Source: Kibdelosporangium banguiense
GTDB taxonomy: Bacteria; Actinomycetota; Actinomycetes; Mycobacteriales; Pseudonocardiaceae
Assembly (NCBI RefSeq): GCF_017876405.1
Contig: NZ_JAGINW010000001.1
Span: forward strand, 693,203-757,202
Reading direction: 5' to 3'
Length of the DNA: 64,000 bases
The notes beneath the pieces are model-generated. The model was not told the origin of the DNA, ran no database searches, and saw nothing but the letters and a program-made list of their open reading frames with translations. This document shows positions 9,512 to 19,012 of the stretch, one piece after another. Position 1 is the stretch's first letter. Each line of letters begins with the position of its first letter. A program made the position numbers and the translations under genes.

Positions 9512-10072
9512 TCAGATTGCTTTGAGGCCTTCGGTTTCCGATATCAGTCTGTGTTCGGTTTTGCAGGCGGGGCAGCGGAGGTCTGGGTCCAGGCGGGTGG
9601 CGCAGCGGCAGACCCAGCCTTTTTGGGTGGCTGGGTTTCCGGCTGTGAAGGCGTGGGCGGGGACGTCGCGGGTTACGACTGAGCCTGCGCCTATGAATGC
9701 GTCGTGGCCGATGGTTGTGCCGCAGACGACTACGGTGCCTGCGCCGAGGGTGGCGCCGGAGCGGACGACGGTTGGGAGGAGGGCGTCACCGCTGAGTTTT
9801 TGGTGGGCGCGGGGGCGCATGTCGTTGGTGAAGACCACGTTTGGGCCGAGGAAGACGTCGTCCTCGCAGGTCACCCCGTTGAAGAGCAGCACGTTGTTCT
9901 TCACGGTCACGTTGTTGCCCAGGACTACTTCGCTTTCGACGAAGGCTCCGTCGCAGATGTTGCAGTCGCGGCCGATGCGGGCGCCCTTCAGCACGTGGGC
10001 GAAGGCCCAGACCCGGGTCCCGGAGCCGACGTCCGTACTCTCGCAGAGGCCTTGGGGGTGCACGAATGTCAT
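9512..10072 (-). CDS. hexapeptide-repeat (left-handed beta-helix) sugar N-acetyltransferase, WbpD/QdtC-like
   Basis: Hexapeptide repeats are visible (IGRDCNICDGAFVESEVVLGNNVTVKNNVLL, IGHDAFIGAGSVVTRDVPAHAF). Its ATG overlaps the aminotransferase stop in an ATGA. There is a Cys-rich C-terminal tail (CRCATRLDPDLRCPACKTEH). Confidence 0.7.
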   Translation of the reverse strand: MTFVHPQGLCESTDVGSGTRVWAFAHVLKGARIGRDCNICDGAFVESEVVLGNNVTVKNNVLLFNGVTCEDDVFLGPNVVFTNDMRPRAHQKLSGDALLPTVVRSGATLGAGTVVVCGTTIGHDAFIGAGSVVTRDVPAHAFTAGNPATQKGWVCRCATRLDPDLRCPACKTEHRLISETEGLKAI

Positions 10073-11145
10073 GCCAGAGCTCCGATCAGGGCCTCGACGA
10101 CACGGTCTTGCTGGGCGCGGGTGATGCCGGGGAAGATCGGCAGGCTCAGGATCTCGCCGGCCACCAGCTCAGCGTTGGGGAAGGACCCGTCTGTCGCGAA
10201 CGGCGCGGTCTTGTGGATCGGGGTCGGGTAGTGGATGGCCGCGCCGACACCGTTGGCGCGCATTGTGTCGTGGACGTGGTCACGGTTGGGCACGCGGACC
10301 ACGTACAGGTGCCAGACGTGCGTGTTGCCGGGGAGCACCTGCGGGACTTTGACTCCGGCGATTCCTCGGAGCAATGAGGTGTAATACTCCGCAGCCTCGG
10401 AGCGTTCGGTGTTCCATGCCTCAAGGCGCCTCAGTTTTGCTTGCAGGACAACGGCTTGCAATGTGTCCAGGCGGCTGTTGAAGCCCAGGGTGCTGTGGAC
10501 GTACTTGGCCGCCGAGCCGTGCTGGGACAGCAGACGCACTCGGTCGGCGAGGTCGGATGAGTTTGTGGTCACCGCGCCTGCGTCGCCGTATGCACCGAGG
10601 TTCTTGCCTGGATAAAAACTGGTGCCGGCGAGGTGGCCGAGCGAGCCGGAAACCGCACCGTTTCGGGTCGCGCCCTGAGATTGGGCGGCGTCCTCGACGA
10701 TGAACACGTCCTGGTCGAGGAGGTCCTCGACGGGGGCGATCTGGCCGTAGAGGTGGACCGGCAGGATGGCTTTGGTGCGTGGGGTGAGTGCGGCCAGCGC
10801 TGCCTTGGTGTCGATCAGGAAGCTGTCCGCATCACAGTCCACAAAGACCGGTGTGGCTCCGGCCCTGGCGACGGCTTCGGCAGTGGCGATGAACGAGTTC
10901 GCGGGCAGAATGCACTCGTCGCCTGGACCGATCTCCAGGGCACGCAATGCGAGTTCCAATGCGTCCGTACCGTTTGCGACGCCGACGCAATGCGCCACGC
11001 CACTGAAGGTCGCGTAGGCCTGCTCGAACTCGGCGACCTGAGGGCCGCCGACAAAGGCGGTCCTGGCGAACACCTCTTCCCAGCCCACCGCGACTTCGGC
11101 CGCCACCTGGGCGTGCTGGATGGACAGGTCGACTGGCGGAATCAT
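10069..11145 (-). CDS. DegT/DnrJ/EryC1/StrS family sugar aminotransferase (PLP-dependent)
   Basis: ORF 10069..11187, trimmed to MIPPVDLS. The start overlaps the upstream gene's stop in an ATGA. Motifs include GDECILPANSFIATAEAV, LGHLAGTSFYPGKNLGAYGDAGAV and GFNSRLDTLQAVVLQAKL. Confidence 0.85.
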   Translation of the reverse strand: MIPPVDLSIQHAQVAAEVAVGWEEVFARTAFVGGPQVAEFEQAYATFSGVAHCVGVANGTDALELALRALEIGPGDECILPANSFIATAEAVARAGATPVFVDCDADSFLIDTKAALAALTPRTKAILPVHLYGQIAPVEDLLDQDVFIVEDAAQSQGATRNGAVSGSLGHLAGTSFYPGKNLGAYGDAGAVTTNSSDLADRVRLLSQHGSAAKYVHSTLGFNSRLDTLQAVVLQAKLRRLEAWNTERSEAAEYYTSLLRGIAGVKVPQVLPGNTHVWHLYVVRVPNRDHVHDTMRANGVGAAIHYPTPIHKTAPFATDGSFPNAELVAGEILSLPIFPGITRAQQDRVVEALIGALA

Positions 11146-11777
11146 CGCGTCCCCTCGGAAAGTCGCCGGGCCGGGACACCGGCCCAAATCTGGTGTGCGG
11201 GTACGTCCTGCAGCACGACCGAGCCCATGCCGACGAGCGCGCCCTCGCCGATGGACAGTCCCTCGCGTACCAGGGCTCCACTGCCCAGATACGCGGTCTC
11301 CCCCACCGAGACCGCACCGGCGAGCGCGACGCGCGCGGCGAAGGTCACGTAGGAGGAAATCCGGTCGTCGTGGGTGATCGTCACGTGCGGCATGATCACC
11401 ACGTGCGAGCCAATCTCCTGCGGCGCGGTCACGACCACAAAGGCGAGCAAGATGCAGCCTTCGCCGATGGTGGTTCCGGCGGCGATGCTCGCAGTCGGGT
11501 GCACGACCGTCGCGTACCGCGAGGCCGGCAGGCCAAGGCGGGCAACGATCTTCTTGCGGCTGGCCTGGTTGGCGGTGCTCGCTGTGCAGATCACGACCTG
11601 GGCATCCGGATGGTCGAAGATCACGTCCAGCGGGCCGAGCACCGGCACACCGTCGATCTCGGTGCCGTGCAGGGCCGGATTGTCGTCGACGAACCCCAGG
11701 ATCTTCCAGTCCTGCCGGGCGGCGGCCAGGGTCTCCCTGGCCAGACCGCCCGCGCCGACGAGGATCAGTGAGTTCAT
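11142..11777 (-). CDS. NeuD/PglD-family sugar acetyltransferase (hexapeptide repeat)
   Basis: The N-terminus is Rossmann-like (ILVGAGGLARETLAAARQ) and the C-terminus has hexapeptide repeats (VTITHDDRISSYVTFAARVALAGAVSVGETAYLGSGALV). ATGA overlaps on both sides. Confidence 0.75.
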   Translation of the reverse strand: MNSLILVGAGGLARETLAAARQDWKILGFVDDNPALHGTEIDGVPVLGPLDVIFDHPDAQVVICTASTANQASRKKIVARLGLPASRYATVVHPTASIAAGTTIGEGCILLAFVVVTAPQEIGSHVVIMPHVTITHDDRISSYVTFAARVALAGAVSVGETAYLGSGALVREGLSIGEGALVGMGSVVLQDVPAHQIWAGVPARRLSEGTR

Positions 11778-12892
11778 CGCAGGATCTCGGCCAGTGTTGT
11801 GACCACTGTGTCCTGTTCTGCCTCGGTCATCTGGTGATAAAGCGGCAAAATCAGGGAACGGCTGGTCAGGTACGAGGTCACGGGAAGGTCCGCTGGCGTG
11901 CTGTATGCACGCTCCAAATGGGACGCCATGATCCCGCGCCGGGCTGAGATTCCCCGTGCCAGCAGGCCTTCCAGCACATCGACCACGGTCCCCTGGTACG
12001 CGTCCGGCAGGACCACCCAGAACGACTGGTAGTTCGTGGTGCCGTACTCGGGGTCCGATACCCAGCGCAAACCGTCGATCTCAGCGAGCAATTTGTGATA
12101 CCGCTCGGCGAACTCACGCCGCCTGGCGATCACTTCAGCCAGTTTGGCCAGCTGGACCAGCCCGATCGCGGCCTGGATGTCGGTCATCCGGAAGTTGAAG
12201 CCGACTTCTTCGTACTGCTCCAGCTTCACGCCGGACGACGCGTGCCGGTCGGCCGCGGACATGCTCATCCCGTGCTCACGCAACCGTCGCAGCCGGACTG
12301 CCCACTCGGGATTGGACGTGGTGAGCATCCCGCCCTCACCAGTCGTCAGCAGCTTGCGTGGGTGAAACGACCACGCAGCAAGCGAAGCGCCCGCACTTAC
12401 CGGCTGACCACGATAGGTCGAGCCGGCCGCGCAAGCCGAGTCGTGCACCAAAGCGATCTGCTTTGCCGCGCACAATGCTTCCAATACCTCGACATCAAAA
12501 GGCACGCCGCCCTGATGCACTCCGATCACTGCGGCTGTGCGCGGCGAGAGCACTGCGGAGATTGTCTCCGGGGTCAGGTTGCCGGTGTACGGATCAACGT
12601 CGGCGAATACCGGGATTGCACCGACGTACTTCGCTGCGTTCGCCGTCGCAATGAACGAGAACGACGGGACGACGACCTCATCGCCAGGACCGATGCCCAG
12701 GAGGTGCAATGCGAGGTGCAATCCGGTCGTACAGGACGAGATTGCCACGCCTTGCTCTGAGCCGGCGAAGGCGGCAAAGGCCTTCTCGAACTCGGCGACC
12801 CGAGGACCTTGAGCGACCCAACCGGACCGGACCGCCTCGGCAGCGGCCTCGGCTTCCTGCTCACCCAGCCAAGGGCGGATGACTGGGATCAT
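11774..12892 (-). CDS. DegT/DnrJ/EryC1/StrS family sugar aminotransferase (second copy, PglE-like)
   Basis: ORF 11774..12907, trimmed to MIPVIRPW. Motifs include GDEVVVPSFSFIATANAA and GFNFRMTDIQAAIGLVQLAKL. An ATGA overlap links it to the epimerase gene. Confidence 0.85.
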   Translation of the reverse strand: MIPVIRPWLGEQEAEAAAEAVRSGWVAQGPRVAEFEKAFAAFAGSEQGVAISSCTTGLHLALHLLGIGPGDEVVVPSFSFIATANAAKYVGAIPVFADVDPYTGNLTPETISAVLSPRTAAVIGVHQGGVPFDVEVLEALCAAKQIALVHDSACAAGSTYRGQPVSAGASLAAWSFHPRKLLTTGEGGMLTTSNPEWAVRLRRLREHGMSMSAADRHASSGVKLEQYEEVGFNFRMTDIQAAIGLVQLAKLAEVIARRREFAERYHKLLAEIDGLRWVSDPEYGTTNYQSFWVVLPDAYQGTVVDVLEGLLARGISARRGIMASHLERAYSTPADLPVTSYLTSRSLILPLYHQMTEAEQDTVVTTLAEILR

Positions 12893-13851
12893 CTCTGCGC
12901 CCGCCACCAGGAAACCAGTGAGGCCAGGCCGTCCTCGAGGGTGATCGACGGCGTCCAGCCCAGATCCCGTTCGGCCGCGCCGATGTCCGCCAGCCGCCGG
13001 GTCACGCTGTTGACCGAACGCGCCGGGCCGAACTCCAGCTCAGCTGTCGAGCCCATCACCTTCTGCAAGGCCTCCGCCAACTCCAGCAACGACGTTTCCG
13101 TTGCGGTGGCAATGTTGTAGACCTGGTCGGTGACATCTGCCCGCGCTGCCAGGACATTGGCCCGCGCGATGTCCTCGACGTGCACGAAGTCCATGGTCTG
13201 CAGGCCGTCGCCGAGCACCAGGGGCGGTTCGCCCGCCTCGATGCGCTCCATCCAGCGGATCAGCACCTCGGTGTATTTGCCGTGCGCGTCCATCCGGGGC
13301 CCGTACACATTGAAGTACCGCAGGGCAATGTAATCCAGATCGTGCATTGCCTTGAAGCTGCGCAACATGCCTTCGTTGAACGCCTTCGCGGCGCCGTAGA
13401 AGGTGTCGTTGTGGTACGGGTGGTGCGATTCCGTGGTGGGGAAGGAATCCGCCAGGCCGTAGATCGACGCCGACGAGGACGCCACGACCTTCGCCACGCC
13501 CGCCTCGACGGCCGCTTCGATCACGTTGAAAGTGCCGTCCACCAGCACTTCCAGTGCCGTGCGCGGCTCGGCGGCGCACTGGGTGATCCGCAGTGCGGCC
13601 AGGTGGAAAACGACGTCCTTGCCCGCAGTGAGCTTGTGCATCAGCTCCGCGTCCCGGATGTCGCCCTCGACAAGTTCGATCTTCTCCGGCGCCCGCTCGA
13701 ACGCGGTACCCAAGTTGGCCAGCGTGCCACGGCTGAGGTCGTCGACCACGACGACCTGGCTCGCGCCCGCGTCCAGCACCTGGTCGACCACGTGCGAGCC
13801 GATCGTGCCCGCACCACCGGTCACCAGGATCCTGGTGTCGGTCAACTCCAT
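12889..13851 (-). CDS. NAD-dependent epimerase/dehydratase family protein (nucleotide-sugar 4,6-dehydratase or 4-epimerase-like)
   Basis: The sequence starts ILVTGGAGTIGSHVVDQ (GxxGxxG) and includes the YxxxK region (YGAAKAFNEG). It is 320 aa. Confidence 0.85.
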   Translation of the reverse strand: MELTDTRILVTGGAGTIGSHVVDQVLDAGASQVVVVDDLSRGTLANLGTAFERAPEKIELVEGDIRDAELMHKLTAGKDVVFHLAALRITQCAAEPRTALEVLVDGTFNVIEAAVEAGVAKVVASSSASIYGLADSFPTTESHHPYHNDTFYGAAKAFNEGMLRSFKAMHDLDYIALRYFNVYGPRMDAHGKYTEVLIRWMERIEAGEPPLVLGDGLQTMDFVHVEDIARANVLAARADVTDQVYNIATATETSLLELAEALQKVMGSTAELEFGPARSVNSVTRRLADIGAAERDLGWTPSITLEDGLASLVSWWRAQR

Positions 13852-14870
13852 CAGAGGTGTCCTCCGTTCACAGGCACGAACGTACCGCCGGCGGCGATGC
13901 TGGCCGACGCGGCTTCGAGCTGGGCGAGCACGCGCAGGCCCGACCGCCCGTCGGTGAGCGGTGCACGCCCTTCAATGATCGCCGCGGCGAACTCCGCCAT
14001 TACCGCCCGCAGGGCCTCACCTGTCGGCAGGGCCGGCGCGACCATGTCGCCGATGCGGTAGGAAACCCGCTTGGCCTCGGGATTCTCCGACCAGTCCACG
14101 CCCCGGTCGTACACCGCGAGCGGCTGCGTCGGGTCGAGGTCGTTCCACACTGCGGTACGCCGGGAGCCGCCGATGATCGTGGTCCGGATCTTGGTCGGTG
14201 ACAGCCAGTTCACGTGCGCGTGCGCAATGGCGTCGTTCGACAGCTTGATTGAGAGGTACGCCACGCACGCGCGGCCCGCGTTGATCGGGTCCGAGCCGTG
14301 TGCGGCCACCGCGACCGGCGTGACGCCGGGCGGCAGTATCGAGTCCAGGATGGACAGATCGTGCGGCGCGAGGTCCCACAATACGTCGATGTCGGGTTGC
14401 ACCAGGCCCAGGTTGATGCGCACCGAGTCGACATACTGGAGATCACCGAGCTCGCCGTCGTGCACCAGTTTGCGTAACCGCTGCACTACCGGCGTATAGC
14501 AGAACGTGTGGTCCAGCATGAGGACCAGGCCACGCTCCTCAGCCGCGTTGACCAGCTTGAGACCGTCTTCGTACGAGGACGCCAACGGCTTTTCGACCAG
14601 CACGTGCTTGCCCGCTTCGATGGCCGCGAGGGCCACTTCGAGATGCGTGCCGGCCGGCGTGGCCACGGCAACCGCCTCGATCTGCGGGTCTGCCAGCGTT
14701 TCGGCGAGCGAATCGGTGGCTTTCACTGTGCTGTAACGGCCCAGGACCTCCTGCGCGCGGGCGACGTTGAGATCGCACAGCGCCCTGAGGTGAAACTGCG
14801 GGGTCGCCTGGATGTTGCGCACCAGATTCGGGCCCCAGTAACCCGCTCCGATGACGGCCACACCAACCAT
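13851..14870 (-). CDS. Gfo/Idh/MocA family oxidoreductase (WbpB-like nucleotide-sugar 3-dehydrogenase candidate)
   Basis: The N-terminus is Rossmann-type (VAVIGAGYWGPNLVRN) and there is a EKPLA motif. It is the first gene of the coupled operon. Confidence 0.85.
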   Translation of the reverse strand: MVGVAVIGAGYWGPNLVRNIQATPQFHLRALCDLNVARAQEVLGRYSTVKATDSLAETLADPQIEAVAVATPAGTHLEVALAAIEAGKHVLVEKPLASSYEDGLKLVNAAEERGLVLMLDHTFCYTPVVQRLRKLVHDGELGDLQYVDSVRINLGLVQPDIDVLWDLAPHDLSILDSILPPGVTPVAVAAHGSDPINAGRACVAYLSIKLSNDAIAHAHVNWLSPTKIRTTIIGGSRRTAVWNDLDPTQPLAVYDRGVDWSENPEAKRVSYRIGDMVAPALPTGEALRAVMAEFAAAIIEGRAPLTDGRSGLRVLAQLEAASASIAAGGTFVPVNGGHL

Positions 14871-15017
14871 CGAGATCCTCTCCAGGTTCTCTCCCGCACC
14901 TGTGGGGAGCTACCCTGCAATCGCCTCGACACCCCTGTGGCATTACACGTTCCGTCACGACATCACCCTGTTCATCTCCCACTCACCGAGCGGTCACCAG
15001 GGTTGGAGCTTTCCGAC

Positions 15018-15956
15018 CTACTCGCCGTCGGGTGCTTCGAGTTTGTCGCGATCCGCCCATTCCAGCAGGGTTTCCAGGGAATGGGCCTTGTCATCGATGG
15101 TGGAATGCAGATCCCCCAGCCGGGCGAACCGGTCGGGCACAGTCTCGATGGTGAAGTCGCTCGGCTCCACCGAATCGATCTCGTCCCATGTGATCGGGGT
15201 CGACACAGTGCCCTCGGGATTGCCACGAACGGAGTAGGCACTGGCGATTGTGTGATCGCGCGCGTTCTGGTTGTAGTCGACGAACAACATCGCCGGGTCG
15301 CGGTCCTTGCGCCACCACGTGGTGGTCACGTCATCAGGGGCACGGCGTTCGACCTCTTTGGCGAAGGCGAGCGCGGCCCGGCGGACGTCCGCGAAGCCCC
15401 AGCGCGGCTCAATCCGGACATATACGTGCAAACCCTTGCCGCCGGACGTTTTCGGATAACCGGCCACGCCCAGCTCGTCCAGCACCTCGCGCACCACATG
15501 CGCGACGTCGCGCACCCGGGAGAACGGGCAGTCGGGCATCGGGTCGAGATCGATCCGCCATTCGTCGGGCTTCTCGGTGTCCGCACGGCGCGAATTCCAC
15601 GGATGGAACTCCACTGTGGACATCTGGACCGCCCAGATGACACTCGCCAGCTCGGTCACGCACAGTTCGTCGGCGGTCCTGTTGTAACGCGGGAACTTGA
15701 TCCGCACAGTTTCCAGCCAGGGCGGGGCGCCGTTCGGAACGCGTTTCTGGTGCACTTTCTCACCGGCCACACCGGACGGAAAACGGTGCATCATGCATGG
15801 CCGCTCGAACAGCGCGCGGACAATGCCGTCGCCGACCGACAGGTAGTAGTTGACCAGGTCGAGTTTTCTCTCGCCGCGGGCAGGGAAATACACCCGGTCC
15901 GGGTTGGAGATCCGGACCGTCCGGTGGCCCACCTCTAGTTCGATCGCGGACGCCAT
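15018..15956 (-). CDS. stand-alone LigD polymerase/primase domain protein (NHEJ polymerase)
   Basis: The 312-aa ORF reads VRISNPDRVYFPARGERKLDLVNYY...HRFPSGV...SVIWAVQMSTVEFHPWNSR...YPKTSGGKGLHVYVRIEP...DYNQNARDHTIASAYSVR. These are hallmark LigD-Pol motifs. No ligase or nuclease domain, and no ku gene, is adjacent. Confidence 0.8.
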   Translation of the reverse strand: MASAIELEVGHRTVRISNPDRVYFPARGERKLDLVNYYLSVGDGIVRALFERPCMMHRFPSGVAGEKVHQKRVPNGAPPWLETVRIKFPRYNRTADELCVTELASVIWAVQMSTVEFHPWNSRRADTEKPDEWRIDLDPMPDCPFSRVRDVAHVVREVLDELGVAGYPKTSGGKGLHVYVRIEPRWGFADVRRAALAFAKEVERRAPDDVTTTWWRKDRDPAMLFVDYNQNARDHTIASAYSVRGNPEGTVSTPITWDEIDSVEPSDFTIETVPDRFARLGDLHSTIDDKAHSLETLLEWADRDKLEAPDGE

Positions 15957-15966
15957 GGCAGAGAAC

Positions 15967-16482
15967 CTAGCCGGAAATGAGCGCTTTCGCTGCCGCCTTC
16001 GCAGGCCAGGCCACGTCCGGGTCCTTCATCACGGCCGCGACCGTGATGGCGCCGTCGATCAGCACGAGGATCTGGTCCGCCAACTGGTCGCTGTCCACCA
16101 GCCCACGGATGTAGATCTTGAGCTCGCGCTTGTGGTGGCGGGCGATCTCGGTCACGGCCGGGGAGGTCGCACCGAGCTCACCGAAGGAATTGATGAACGC
16201 GCACCCGCGGAATCCGGGCTCGGAGAACCAGGCGTGCAACCAGTCGAACACTGCGAGCACCGGCGGGGCGTCCGCTCTCGCGACATAGCCGGCGAGATTG
16301 TCGCGCCAACGCTTGTCGCGGCGCTCCAGATATCCGGCGACCAGGGCTTCCTTGGAGGCAAACAGCTGGTAGAGGCGTTTGAGGGAGACGCCGGACGCGG
16401 CGCGGATCTCGTCCATGCCGACCGCCTGGATGCCGCGGTCGTAGAACAACGACTCCGCCGCGTCCAGTACCTGCTCGTTCAT
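15967..16482 (-). CDS. TetR/AcrR family transcriptional regulator
   Basis: ORF 15967..16644, trimmed to [48 protein letters not shown] (TetR N-terminal HTH). Confidence 0.75.
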   Translation of the reverse strand: MNEQVLDAAESLFYDRGIQAVGMDEIRAASGVSLKRLYQLFASKEALVAGYLERRDKRWRDNLAGYVARADAPPVLAVFDWLHAWFSEPGFRGCAFINSFGELGATSPAVTEIARHHKRELKIYIRGLVDSDQLADQILVLIDGAITVAAVMKDPDVAWPAKAAAKALISG

Positions 16483-16500
16483 CACCACTCCTAGCGCCCG

Positions 16501-16540
16501 AGAACGCTCGTTCTCTAGCATACTGGAGAACGAGCGTTCT
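16501..16540. promoter_or_regulatory. inverted repeat (agaacgctcgttct ... agaacgagcgttct), candidate TetR operator in the divergent intergenic region
   Basis: Two 14-nt arms that are exact reverse complements, separated by 12 nt. They lie between the TetR gene (-) and the NTF2-like gene (+). Confidence 0.5.
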
Positions 16541-16559
16541 CCCGGAAAGGAGCCGAGGC

Positions 16560-17018
16560 GTGACGGCACGACCACCGTTCCCACCGTTCGACGAGCAATC
16601 GGCGCGTACCAAGGTGCAATCCGCCGAAGATGCCTGGAACACACGCGACCCGGACCGCGTGTCGCTCGCGTACACCGAGGATTCGATCTGGCGCAATCGC
16701 GACCGGTTCGTCACCGGCCGCGACGAGATCGTCAAGTTCCTGACCCAGAAGTGGGAGCGCGAGCTGGACTACGCGCTGCGCAAGGAACTTTGGGCGTACC
16801 AGGGAAACCGGATCGCAGTGCGGTTCCAGTACGAGTCCCACGACGCCGACGGCCAGTGGTATCGCTCATACGGCAACGAACTCTGGGAGTTCACCGAGGA
16901 AGGCCTGATGCGCCGGCGTGAGGCCAGCATCAACGACCTGAGGATCACCGAGTCGGAGCGCCGCATCTTCGGGCCCCGGCCGCAAGAGGAGCACGGCGTG
17001 CCGTTCCCCTTGCAGTGA
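16560..17018 (+). CDS. NTF2-like / SnoaL-like small protein (DUF1348-like)
   Basis: The GTG start follows an AAAGGAG RBS. The 152-aa protein reads ...[55 protein letters not shown]. Confidence 0.6.
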   Translation: MTARPPFPPFDEQSARTKVQSAEDAWNTRDPDRVSLAYTEDSIWRNRDRFVTGRDEIVKFLTQKWERELDYALRKELWAYQGNRIAVRFQYESHDADGQWYRSYGNELWEFTEEGLMRRREASINDLRITESERRIFGPRPQEEHGVPFPLQ

Positions 17019-17032
17019 CAACCCCGGTTCGC

Positions 17033-17082
17033 CCCCAATGCCACATTGGGGGCATCGGACGTCCCCAATGTGGCATTGGGGG
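17033..17082. repeat. pair of small hairpins (cccccaatgCCAcattggggg ... ccccaatgTGGcattggggg) in a 3' UTR
   Basis: The second unit is the exact reverse complement of the first (the loop changes from cca to tgg). The two units are 8 nt apart. Confidence 0.55.
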
Positions 17083-17092
17083 CAAAAGGGAA

Positions 17093-17129
17093 GGGCCCCT
17101 CGTGAGCAGCCAGCAATCACGAGGGGCCC
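17093..17129. terminator. bidirectional terminator hairpin (gggcccctcgtga ... tcacgaggggccc)
   Basis: A 13-bp GC-rich stem sits between the convergent genes 16560..17018 (+) and 17142..18714 (-). It shares its stem sequence with 4404-4433. Confidence 0.55.
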
Positions 17130-17141
17130 TGGCTCTTTCTC

Positions 17142-18714
17142 CTAGCGGCGGATCAGCGCGCGACCGGCTCCCTGCACTGACAGGGACTTCGCGGCGGTCG
17201 TGGCCGTGGGAGTCGGCTGCGGCACCGGGTCACACCGCAGGTCGGATCGGCGGCCTGGCTTGCGGGCCGGCAGCTTGCCCGAGGTCAGGTAGTCGGCGAT
17301 CGCGTCGTCCGTGCAGGCCACGCCGTTGAGCGAGCCGGCGTGCGTGGTGCCGCCGACGCCCTCGATCAGGGCCGAGTGCGGGTAGCGGCTACGAACCTCC
17401 AGGCCGCCCTCGAAAGGCGTTGCGGCGTCAAGGGTTTCGCCGATCAGCAGCAGGCTGCCGACCTTGCTTCCGTCGATCTTGACCGGCTTGGCCGCCTTGG
17501 CGCCCCAGTTCAGACAGGGCGCGTTGAACCAGGCGTTGGCCCACGTCTCGAACGGCGCCCGGTAGTGCGTGAACCAGTTGTCGATCTGCCACTTCGTCCA
17601 ATTGGTCGGCCATTGCACGTCGGTGCACTGAGTCGCCAGGTAGATCGCGTAGCCGTTGTCCGCGCCCGGGCCCACCGGGTTGCCGTCCTGATAGAGCTTC
17701 TTGATCTGGCTGATGTCCCCATTGTGGATGTACGTGGCGAACGCCTTGGCGATGTTGTCCCAGCCGAAGACGTAGTAGCCGGCCTGCAGGAACGCGTCGG
17801 TCAGCTCGTCCGGGCCGACGCCGTCGGCCGGGGTCTTACGCAACTGGGCCTGCTTGGCGTAGAACAGCTTCTCGATGTCGTCGCCGCTGGTGCCCAGGTG
17901 GTAGCTGGCGTCGTTCTTGGCGAGCCAGTCGAAGTAGACCTTGATGTTGCGGTCGAACGCGACGTCCTGGTCGAGGTTGGCGTCGTACCAGACGCGACGC
18001 GGGTCGACCGTGCCGTCGAAGATCATCCGGCGGACCCGGTTGGGGAACAGCGAGCTGTAGACCTGGCCGAGGTACGTACCGTACGAGAAGCCGTAGTAGT
18101 TGATCTGGTCCCGGCCGAGCGCCTTACGGATGCTCTCCATGTCATTGGCGTTGTCGGTGGTCTTCAGGTGCTGGATCAGCTGGGGGTTGGCCTTGGTGCA
18201 CGCGTCGGCGTAGCCCTTGGCACGCGCGAGCCAGGTCTTCTCCAGCTCACGGGTTTCCGGCACGTAGTACGGCCGGTTCAGGCTGGTGTAGTTGCCGTCG
18301 CAGGTGAGCGCGGGAACGCTCGACCCGACACCGCGCGGGTCGAAGCCGATCCAGTCGTACGCCTCGCCGGCCTGGTCGGGGACGAACTCGCCCAGCCGTG
18401 ACAACGTCAGGCCGGAGCCACCCGGACCGCCCGGGTTGACCAGCATGACGCCCTGGAACTTGTCGTCGCTGACCTTGTGCTTGATCCGCGACACGGCGAT
18501 CTTGATCTTGGTGCCGCCGGGCCGGTCGTAGTCCAGCGGGACCTCGAGCAGACCACATTCGGCGCCCCGGCTCGCCAGTCCGGCGTTGGCGCACTTGCCC
18601 CACGGGATCGGCGCGGGGTCAAACCCGTGCTTGTCCGGTGCCGCATTCGCCGGATTCGCGACGCTGGACAGCGCCATACCGGCGGCGACGACCGTCACCA
18701 CGATTCTCTTCACG
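17142..18714 (-). CDS. secreted alpha/beta hydrolase, S33 tripeptidyl-aminopeptidase-like
   Basis: The GTG at 18714 (VKRIVVTVVAAG... signal peptide) follows a GAGAGGGAAG RBS. Motifs include GVMLVNPGGPGGSG, the nucleophile elbow GFSYGTYLG and a TAP-like C-terminal domain. Confidence 0.75.
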
Positions 18715-19012
18715 TTCGGCTTCCCTCTCGTTCCCCCACTGGCCCTACGGACGAGGGGATTCTGCAACGCGAACACAGAAAAGTGAACCACCGAAAGTAC
18801 GTGTCCATTTTCTCCGCAGTTCGCGCAGGTAGAGGCCTCGCCAACATCCGGACAAACCTCACGTTCACCCGATCAGGGCCGGTAGAAACGCCCAATTGAG
18901 GCCGGAATTGATGACATCCCCCAAATCGCATCATCAACCGGCAAAGCGTATAAGCCCGGCATTTTGTTCTGTGACAGTCGATGTTTTCCGGCAGCGGAAC
19001 CGCAGAGACCTT

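Noticed and set aside
14508-15938. 476-aa ORF on the plus strand
   Set aside because: It is antisense to the well-supported Gfo/Idh/MocA and LigD-Pol genes. Its translation is low complexity (RGH-rich).
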